Assembly (NCBI GenBank): GCA_050633245.1
Contig: JBOEGD010000017.1
Span: forward strand, 1 to 47,317
Direction: 5' to 3'
Source: Calditrichia bacterium
Lineage (GTDB): Bacteria; Calditrichota; Calditrichia; RBG-13-44-9; J075
Length of the DNA: 47,317 nt
The position numbers were made by a program, and so were the translations under genes. The notes under the pieces were generated by a model. It did no database searches. It was not told where the DNA came from and worked only from the letters and a program-made list of their open reading frames with translations. Every line of letters begins with the position of its first letter. The stretch's first letter is position 1. Positions 29,744-37,620 of this stretch are shown here, in pieces.

Positions 29744-29977
29744 ATGGAGATCAACTTGAAAGACTTTGCCTATACCGTTGTGTTTGAGCCTGCCGAAGAA
29801 GGAGGCTACCTTGCCCATGTACCGGCTTTGAACGGTATTACCACAGAAGGTGAGACTTTGGAAGAAGCCAAGAATATGGCTATCGATGCGATACGAGGTT
29901 ATATCGCCACTCTGATACAGGAAGGGTTACCAATTCCTTTTGAGCATTCAACTGAGAAGTTAGCTGTTTCTATTTAA
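29744..29977 (+). CDS. hicB: HicB-family antitoxin (short form)
   Basis: YTVVFEPAEEGGYLAHVPALNGITTEGETLEEA...DAI...L...G.PIP. Confidence 0.92.
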   Translation: MEINLKDFAYTVVFEPAEEGGYLAHVPALNGITTEGETLEEAKNMAIDAIRGYIATLIQEGLPIPFEHSTEKLAVSI

Positions 29978-30210
29978 TGTCTCCTCAACTACCCAATATT
30001 ACTTCGAAACAAATGATCCGGGCGCTTAAGCGTGCCGGATTTGTCTTTAAACGTCAATCAGGCAGTCATCAAATGTATATCCACCCTGACCGGCCTGGAA
30101 ACATTGTTGTTGTTCCGTTTCATAATCGGGATTTGAAGAAAGGGACTTTGAAGAGCATTTTGAGGCAGGCCGGGTTGTCGGTGGAGGAGTTGATAGATAT
30201 CCTGACATAA
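29977..30210 (+). CDS. hicA: HicA-family mRNA interferase toxin
   Basis: IRALKRAGF...RQSGSH......VVVPFHNRDLKKGTLKSILRQAG; TAATG coupling with hicB. Confidence 0.93.
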   Translation: MSPQLPNITSKQMIRALKRAGFVFKRQSGSHQMYIHPDRPGNIVVVPFHNRDLKKGTLKSILRQAGLSVEELIDILT

Positions 30211-30494
30211 TATCAAAAGTTACTTCCAAAAGATAGCACCAAGAATGTAAACAAACGATGGTTTTAATCACAGCCAGTTAATATGCATTCTCAAGTTCGC
30301 TAGAATTGAATTTTATTCTTCAAAAAATAGGACAGTAAGTACTTTACAAAATCGAGATTCGTTCAATAATCCCTCAACTCTAAAACTTCTAACCTCAACC
30401 AACAATCAAGCATAAACACCTGTTTTGAATATACTGAACAAATTGGGTATGTCATCAAAACCCGATGTTAGTTTGGTATTGCTCGTCAGAAGTC

Positions 30495-31367
30495 TTACAC
30501 TTGCTCCAGTGTTTTGGCAATTTCATCCGAAATAACAACAAATCCTTTTTTTGTTGGGTGAAGTTCATTTGCCCACCAAGTTTTATATTTTTTATCGTTG
30601 GGTAATTTTCCTCTAAGGTTTACATACGTTACCAGTTCAAACCCACGTATTCTATTTAGTGTTGCAAGCATGTCATTAAACTGATTGATGAGTTCTTCAA
30701 CAAGATCGGTTCGGTACTGAAGCGGCTTATCAGGGTATCCTTTTTTTCTAAACCCAGGTTGAAGCCAAGGACCAGGCAATATCCATCCACCTCCCCAGAA
30801 GCCCCTCCCATCGGGCACCGCAAAATCATACCCATGAACTAGAATCGGGCATTTAGTTCCAAAATGCTTTTCACATAATGTATTGATTCTGCTTATCAAA
30901 GTTATATAGCAATATCTCAGTCGCTTATTGATAATTGCGGACATAATTTCCGGACTGAGTCCGGGTTTAGGTGACTTTGCATGATTCAATAAAATAGTAA
31001 ACTCGTCTCCCGCAATATCATTGCCACCAGCTGACAACAGAACTGCTTTGGGTGATTCATCTCGCCTAAGTAATCGTTCTAAAATCCGAATAAATCCTTT
31101 AATCTGAGATGAATCATACGCCATAGATTCAGCTTTATCGCCCTTATTAGCGGAATGTTCTATTCTATAATTATGTTTATCTTCGAGAATATCAAGCACA
31201 TCAGAACCCGGATAATCAAACCACGAATCCCCTTCTGCAATTAGAATCCCTTTGGGCTCATCATTACGAGAAATTTTTTTTCGAATCCCGGCACGATTTT
31301 TCCAATGTTTTTCTGCCAGATCTTTTCCCATAATAATCGCATCATTGAGGCTTTCATTTTTTGACAA
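30495..31367 (-). CDS. SGNH/GDSL-family hydrolase
   Basis: AEGDSWF (block I), SAGGND (block III), HGYD, ANELHP (block V); GGGAG SD before TTG. Confidence 0.85.
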   Translation of the reverse strand: MSKNESLNDAIIMGKDLAEKHWKNRAGIRKKISRNDEPKGILIAEGDSWFDYPGSDVLDILEDKHNYRIEHSANKGDKAESMAYDSSQIKGFIRILERLLRRDESPKAVLLSAGGNDIAGDEFTILLNHAKSPKPGLSPEIMSAIINKRLRYCYITLISRINTLCEKHFGTKCPILVHGYDFAVPDGRGFWGGGWILPGPWLQPGFRKKGYPDKPLQYRTDLVEELINQFNDMLATLNRIRGFELVTYVNLRGKLPNDKKYKTWWANELHPTKKGFVVISDEIAKTLEQV

Positions 31368-31395
31368 TGCAAAACTCCCTTAGTTTATAGTTAAG

Positions 31396-31602
31396 CTAAG
31401 TCGTATGACACTCATTTGAACAATAGTAACAGCCATTCGTCTGTTTATAATATTTCTTTGCTTCTTTTACAGCTTGTTGACAATTTGAAAAGTCACCCAA
31501 ATAGATTCTGTTATGCGTTTCTGGCATAAAAGAACAACCCGTTGTATGAACTTCATGATCTCCGTTAGATTGAGCATTTTTGTTAACGTAATATCTAGCC
31601 AT
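31396..31602 (-). CDS. Small Cys/His-rich hypothetical protein (68 aa)
   Basis: GGAGA SD; YYVN...Q.NGDHEVH...C...LG.F..C..AV..AK...NGCYYC...CH pattern, likely metal-binding. Confidence 0.8.
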   Translation of the reverse strand: MARYYVNKNAQSNGDHEVHTTGCSFMPETHNRIYLGDFSNCQQAVKEAKKYYKQTNGCYYCSNECHTT

Positions 31603-32007
31603 GCTTTTTCTCCATAGTTAAAGGATTTACGTACCTAAATTTGATTAGTGATAAAGAATATGATAGTAAAAACAAGATTAAATAATCCATATCAACCACA
31701 TGAATGATAAATACAATCATTCAGTGGACGGCGGATTACACGGTCAAATTTCGGGGAGTATTTCTATTTAATGAAAAAAAATTTGGAAATGCAATATTGT
31801 GAAAAGAATAACTCATCCTCAATAGCATTTTAGAACATAGGATAAATCTGAAATACGATGAAATGGTTATTTGTCTAATTTTTTGAGGGTTAGGATGAAA
31901 TAAAAAGGCAGTAATATTAAAATCTAATCCAAGAGCACATTTTTTTGTAACTAGAAATTCAAGGTATGCAAAATGACTAATAATTTAGCTACAAATATCC
32001 GATAGTC

Positions 32008-32041
32008 TGAACTGGACACTTTAGTTAAAGTGTCCAGTTCA
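32008..32041. other. Putative recombination site B (perfect 13-8-13 palindrome)
   Basis: TGAACTGGACACT-TTAGTTAA-AGTGTCCAGTTCA; symmetry extends over 32006-32043; the spacer is the reverse complement of that of site A. Confidence 0.88.
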
Positions 32042-32505
32042 GATAATATAAATATTAACCTCCTCAATAATCAACGAAAATATCCACATTATATAGGCGT
32101 CTTTCATCAACAAAAACAGTCAATTTATTTATACACTCTTTTTGCCTCACCGACCGGAGTATTAAAATTGTCTATGACCATCTATCTAAGGCGGTACGTT
32201 AACGGGACGTGAATCCGCATCTATAACCGGCACAATAAACAACCTCAGGATTCGGATCAGGATTGGGCAGCGTATCAGTCAGAAGAACAGCAAGCCAGAC
32301 CGACCGGTCATGAAAAAGATATTTTCATAGGAAGCTCCTCTTGATAGAGTAAAAAATGAATTGAGCTTCAAATTATTTTTTCGAGGTAAACGATTTTTAC
32401 ATAAACGTCAATGCTAGGAAGAATCGAGGTAAAAAGCACTTTTGCCAGCAATAAATTTGAGTTAATTTTTCAGCTCACTCACAAAAGGGAAATGGGAGAA
32501 TTGAA

Positions 32506-33072
32506 ATGGCAAAAGAAGACCTTGGGCCAATCTATAGTGAACTTTTGGGTTATATGAGTCAATCACCAGAACCCCAATCAATGACTGATTTTTTAGCAGA
32601 TAAGGCCGGAGAATCAGTATGGAAACAATTAAACAAAGTAATAGAAATGCTGGAGACTGAGTTAGAGATTGACCTTAGTAGATTTAAAATCGTTTCATAT
32701 CATGGTACAGGATCAACAACTTATGTATATCTTTATTCCTACCGGCAAAAATTAGGTGGTTTAATTGCCTTTTTACATAGAAAATACTTTAAAAGCGAAC
32801 CGCCGCCCTTCTCGGATATGCCTCCTACAACTATCATAAACCAAACCCAAAGCCAGCATGTTGACATTCAGCTAATGCTAGATCTCCGAGGAGCAATTGA
32901 AAAGGCACTTCCGCAGACAAAGAAAGGTAGCCCTGAGTACGGATTTCTGACAAAAATAAAAGAAACGATGAGCACTGCGGATACTGGTATAAGTGTGATG
33001 AGCAAAGTCCTTAGAGCCGCAAACGGAAGTGGACTATCACTCGAAAAAGTAAAAGACCTTCTCGGTCTCTGA
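32506..33072 (+). CDS. Hypothetical protein
   Basis: 188-aa ORF with GGGAGA SD; no recognised motif. Confidence 0.7.
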   Translation: MAKEDLGPIYSELLGYMSQSPEPQSMTDFLADKAGESVWKQLNKVIEMLETELEIDLSRFKIVSYHGTGSTTYVYLYSYRQKLGGLIAFLHRKYFKSEPPPFSDMPPTTIINQTQSQHVDIQLMLDLRGAIEKALPQTKKGSPEYGFLTKIKETMSTADTGISVMSKVLRAANGSGLSLEKVKDLLGL

Positions 33073-33251
33073 CCTGCAGAATAAACATGAAAGCGCTTTC
33101 GCTCAGGAAAACTGTTCAGTATCTTTTGATGTAACATACAAAAAATCTCCCCAAACATATTTTGCAAAGGTCATGAAGGATCTTTGGATTTCCGCTGTAT
33201 TTGTGCTTACCCTAATACAGCTGTAGCGATTTGTCCTATCCATAATGAGGA

Positions 33252-33669
33252 GTGAATAATTATGAGGAGCCGGAAAATCCGGTAGTTAAGTTTTATGAAA
33301 TGAGAAAATGCGGATTTTACAAAAGAGGTGAGTATAAACCGCTGTTAGGCGATATCGGTGAAATATTAGAGAACCTTAATAAATGGGTAAAATCCAAAAG
33401 GAATAAATCACTTGGAACTTGTCCATTCAAGCCGATTCCAAATGAAGATCTGCGATATGCCCTTCGTACCGCTATTGAACATGACGCTGGAATCGGTGAT
33501 TGCGTTATTTCCACCTTTAATAACACTGCTTTTTATTGGAGGGCCAGTAATTTACTTAAATCCGAGCGCTTCTGTAAATAGCCGGTCAAGTCCAAAATTT
33601 TTAGAAATTACTTATAGAGCCATATTATGTTTTTATCACAAACCACTAATTTATAATAGCTACAGGTGA
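33252..33669 (+). pseudogene. Probable decayed or truncated hypothetical gene
   Basis: The 109-aa ORF 33252-33581 overlaps a second frame (..GGPVIYLNPSASVN..) that runs to the helicase start, suggesting a frameshift. Confidence 0.4.
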
Positions 33670-36600
33670 GAATGTCAGAGCAATCAATGCTACCGACTCC
33701 AGAGATACCATCGAATCCACGTTCTGAGATTGTTAACTCCTACCTTTCGACAATCGAGGAAAGTTTTCGTTCTGGGCGTCCTCAAATCAAACTTATCAAT
33801 TACGGAACGGGTTCGGGCAAAACCCATCAATTTTTTGAAGCGGTCTGTGAATCGATCAGAAAACATGAGAATGTTCATATTATAGGTATATATGTAGCTC
33901 CACTTAGGGAACATTTGCAGGCCCCTGCTACGACATCAGAGAATAAAGATATTCCTTTCTATACTGTCAATTCATTGCAAATGAAGACTACTGATACATT
34001 GTTTAAAAAGTACACTTCATGGTTAGATAAAATTCTTGGGAATAGAAAATTCTGGAATGATAAACTAATAAATTCTCCAAATAGTGGTTTTGAAGAAGCT
34101 AGGTCATCTTTGGCAAGAGTCCCAAGAATCATTGGGCAATTAGAGTTTATGAAAAGAACAGATTTTGGAGATGAGGAATTCAGAGAGAAATTTCGAATTA
34201 AGGCAATACGTGAGCTGAATAATTTGATAGAAAAATTTTTGGACTTTCTTATCAAAAATCTGCCTGATGAGACCACATGGCCTGATGAATGTTTAAAGCT
34301 CACTAAAGTATTTTATCCTCTCTATCTATTGCGGGAAAAGCCTGGGATCATAATGTTAACATATGACAAATTTGAGACCAAAATTCCATTCTTCATTCAC
34401 AATGGTTTTAAATGGATTAAAAAAAATGATCATCTAGATCAATTTATTCGACAACAGTCTGATGGAAACAAAAGGTTCATACTCGCTTTTGACGAACAGG
34501 AAGATGGTTATCAAATTGTTTTAAATCGCAAAATAGACATTATCTCTCCGCGGATGCTTGCAATAAATAATGCTCTCTCTTCAATCAGCCGTGAATTTTC
34601 TATTCTATTTTCAGAGAAAGAAAAGGTATACAGAGAGTTCCTGGAATATGCAGACTTGAATCCAGGTGTATATCATGAGTTAGCAACACACCTGGAGAAA
34701 GAAAAGTCTATTGACGACAGAATATCGAAATATGTAAACGTCTTTCGAGAGCTTACTCAAAGTGAAGGAAATTCCATAGATTTTTTGAGGCAAGTGAGTC
34801 AAATCAGCAAACATATATCCGCTTCAATTAATGATGTTTTAGATGTTTGTGAGACTCTTGGGGATCGTAATCCAGTAGATTTAGACTTTGGTATGCTTTC
34901 CAGAGTATTTTCAAAATTTGAAAATAATCGGAGTTTGTTAATCCCTCGGCGACTTTACTCGAAAATCGCCGATGAGTTAATGAGCATTTTTTCGCACAAC
35001 AATTTGTTCATTTACAATATTGAACCTTTAAGAAGTTTGTTTTTAGCAAAATCAGCAGGTGGACATGTTTACATCACAGATGAACCTACTGCGGATAGCG
35101 CTTCTGTCGCTGAGTTAATTTATGCAATATTCGTGATACGCTTGCAAATTGAACTTATAATTGAATTTTTGTCTAACGTCCTTAACGCAGAAGATAGTCA
35201 GTCTCGGTCATTAGACATTTGGTCAAAACAAATAACGAAAATCCAAAAAGCTAGTGAAGAAATATCAACTGAGACTAGACCTCCCAAATATGTAAATCGA
35301 GAATATGTCTACAAAAGCTATAAGTCAATTATTAACATAATGGAGATTTCGCGCTATCAGCATCCTACCAATGACTTAGTTAATCACACATTTCGGGAAG
35401 TATCGATTGGTAGCACAGCAATCTTAACCTCCCCTGAACATAAGCTGCACTCAATATTAGAAAATGGCAGTAATGTTCTATTTCTAATCTCCGCAACGGG
35501 GGGAATCACTGGTGACCTCAGCACTAGTTACGATATGAGGTACTTGGAGGATATTTTAAGAGATGATTCGGGTAAGAGCTCATTTAACCAAATGATTGAA
35601 ACAGAGTTGCAACTATGTGAGCAAATCAGAAAATACCGTAAATCAACGAAGCATTTATCTGTAGTATTTTTTGATGCTAACCAATCTACTTACCCAAACG
35701 TACGTACTGAACTAGTTGCCGAGCAATTTTATAATGGATTGCTAAATGGATTTATTGAGTCAATGACTGGGGATGGGAGGTGGTTTGGGGCCTATAAAAA
35801 GCATGAATTACAAAACTTTTTTCGTTTTTTATTCTTGCTGTTTGAGGACGACACTATTCAAAACATGATCGCTTTCACTCAAACCCTGCGTTGGATAAAG
35901 GAGTCAATAAAATATTGTCGCTTAAGGCGTCATGCCAATTTCAAGTTTGAACCTTCACCAGACCATCCAAACATTTGCTATTTAAAGTTAGAACATAAGA
36001 GCTTTGCGAGTAACCTACGAGTTAAGGTAATCTTGTATGATGCCTCTTTTAACGCAGAGTACTATTCGGATGATTCTGGAAAAACCTATCTGGATGAATT
36101 AGTTGAGTGTGATGGGGAAAAGATCTTATTTGTTTCCGCCTACCAATCTGCCGCTAAAGGATTGAATCCAATTATTAAGTATAAGGGTGATGCTCAGAAA
36201 GATTTTGATGCGCTTGCTTTGCTAATGGACAGCTACTATACCGCTATGGGCCCCTTACTCAATCAGCCAAAGGATGCTGGAAAAGCAACCACACTTTACC
36301 ATTTTGCCTTGATGAAAAATATTGTCCATTTAGGTGATACCAGTGTCGAAATTAAGGACTTTAATAAATACATAAACAATCCTGATGCAGAATCTTTTCG
36401 TGTATTACAACATCAGATTTTACTTGGTAAGGGGATTCTGCAAGCAATTGGGAGAACGGAGCGGAGAGATTTTCCGAATCAAGTTTCAAAGATATTTATT
36501 AATGAAGAGACGCGCAAAAATTTGGTCAATTTTTATAGATACCTTAACAGAAATGAACCCAACGAAATACGAAAACTTTCAGTAAATAACTACGAAGTAT

Positions 36601-37619
36601 ATCTCGCACTACAGAAAGACGAAAAGAGCCGGTGTATCCCTAAATATGAGGAACACGAGTACGATGAGGTGGCTTCATATTATGCTCTACAGGAATTTAG
36701 GGAGAAAATGCTTGAAGAGATTCAACACTTCCATGAAGGCAAATCCAACGCTAAAATTATTGATGCTTGGAAATTGTTGCGGAATCCCGTTGTCTTCAGT
36801 GATCCTGCAGCCTTTCTAAAAAAAATCGAAGCATCAAAGTTATTTCCTGCTGACTTCATCGAATCATTATTTTACTGCCGCCCAAGCCAACTAAGATTTA
36901 CACCTTATTTAGCAACGATAACGGATGGTGGAAGAAAGATTGATATTATAAGCGATAGCGTGAATGGGGACAAAACATATAAATATATGCAGAGACTCTA
37001 CCCCAATTTTCTCAAAACAGCGTCCGCAGGCTTTGATACTTATGGAGAAGAATTACAACATCTCAATCAGTCATCCGACGCAATTGTTAGATTATACAGG
37101 AAACTCATTCCAGAACCAGATATATTTAACACGTACATTCCACGACCGCACTTTTTTTACGATGTTTTGCTCCCTTCACTTGCAGAAAACTTTGTCGAAG
37201 GATGGATCAAAAACGAAATATTCGAAGGCAATGAAGATAGAACTATAAAATCTTTATACAAATTTGAACAGGTACGGAATTTTAATAAATACAATAAACT
37301 GTATGAGCTATTTGATTTGTATTATACAAAAGAGTCTACACTTTTTTGTATTGATGTAAAAGCATGGAGTAGAATTAGCGGGAACAGGCTCTCCTCTAAA
37401 GCTCTGAAAAAATCTCAAAAAAAGCTCGATAAAATCGCTACCGACTATCCAGCTTTTGGTAATGTCCGGGGCCTACTCCTGAACTTATACGCGCCAATTG
37501 AAACAAATCTGCAGCACTCACCAAATTTGTTTTCCGGCAATTTGATCTATACAGATAGTTCTCGCTGTCCAATTGCTTCTACCATTCTAAAAGATTTCTT
37601 GTTTTGTAAGGAGATATGA
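33666..37619 (+). CDS. SF2 helicase fused to C-terminal PD-(D/E)xK nuclease, DdmD-like
   Basis: Walker A GTGSGKT, YVAPLRE (Ia), LTYDK, AFDEQE (II), ISATGG (III), SAYQSAAKGLN (V), QAIGRTER (VI); C-terminal ELFDLY...IDVKAW. 1317 aa. Confidence 0.8.
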   Translation: MRMSEQSMLPTPEIPSNPRSEIVNSYLSTIEESFRSGRPQIKLINYGTGSGKTHQFFEAVCESIRKHENVHIIGIYVAPLREHLQAPATTSENKDIPFYTVNSLQMKTTDTLFKKYTSWLDKILGNRKFWNDKLINSPNSGFEEARSSLARVPRIIGQLEFMKRTDFGDEEFREKFRIKAIRELNNLIEKFLDFLIKNLPDETTWPDECLKLTKVFYPLYLLREKPGIIMLTYDKFETKIPFFIHNGFKWIKKNDHLDQFIRQQSDGNKRFILAFDEQEDGYQIVLNRKIDIISPRMLAINNALSSISREFSILFSEKEKVYREFLEYADLNPGVYHELATHLEKEKSIDDRISKYVNVFRELTQSEGNSIDFLRQVSQISKHISASINDVLDVCETLGDRNPVDLDFGMLSRVFSKFENNRSLLIPRRLYSKIADELMSIFSHNNLFIYNIEPLRSLFLAKSAGGHVYITDEPTADSASVAELIYAIFVIRLQIELIIEFLSNVLNAEDSQSRSLDIWSKQITKIQKASEEISTETRPPKYVNREYVYKSYKSIINIMEISRYQHPTNDLVNHTFREVSIGSTAILTSPEHKLHSILENGSNVLFLISATGGITGDLSTSYDMRYLEDILRDDSGKSSFNQMIETELQLCEQIRKYRKSTKHLSVVFFDANQSTYPNVRTELVAEQFYNGLLNGFIESMTGDGRWFGAYKKHELQNFFRFLFLLFEDDTIQNMIAFTQTLRWIKESIKYCRLRRHANFKFEPSPDHPNICYLKLEHKSFASNLRVKVILYDASFNAEYYSDDSGKTYLDELVECDGEKILFVSAYQSAAKGLNPIIKYKGDAQKDFDALALLMDSYYTAMGPLLNQPKDAGKATTLYHFALMKNIVHLGDTSVEIKDFNKYINNPDAESFRVLQHQILLGKGILQAIGRTERRDFPNQVSKIFINEETRKNLVNFYRYLNRNEPNEIRKLSVNNYEVYLALQKDEKSRCIPKYEEHEYDEVASYYALQEFREKMLEEIQHFHEGKSNAKIIDAWKLLRNPVVFSDPAAFLKKIEASKLFPADFIESLFYCRPSQLRFTPYLATITDGGRKIDIISDSVNGDKTYKYMQRLYPNFLKTASAGFDTYGEELQHLNQSSDAIVRLYRKLIPEPDIFNTYIPRPHFFYDVLLPSLAENFVEGWIKNEIFEGNEDRTIKSLYKFEQVRNFNKYNKLYELFDLYYTKESTLFCIDVKAWSRISGNRLSSKALKKSQKKLDKIATDYPAFGNVRGLLLNLYAPIETNLQHSPNLFSGNLIYTDSSRCPIASTILKDFLFCKEI

Positions 37620-37620
37620 A

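Noticed and set aside
32008-32041. Chromosomal dif/Xer site, integron attC or terminator
   Set aside because: There is no XerC/XerD consensus, no attC RYYYAAC/GTTRRRY ends or IntI-type enzyme, and no U-tract. A second inverted copy next to the recombinase explains it better.
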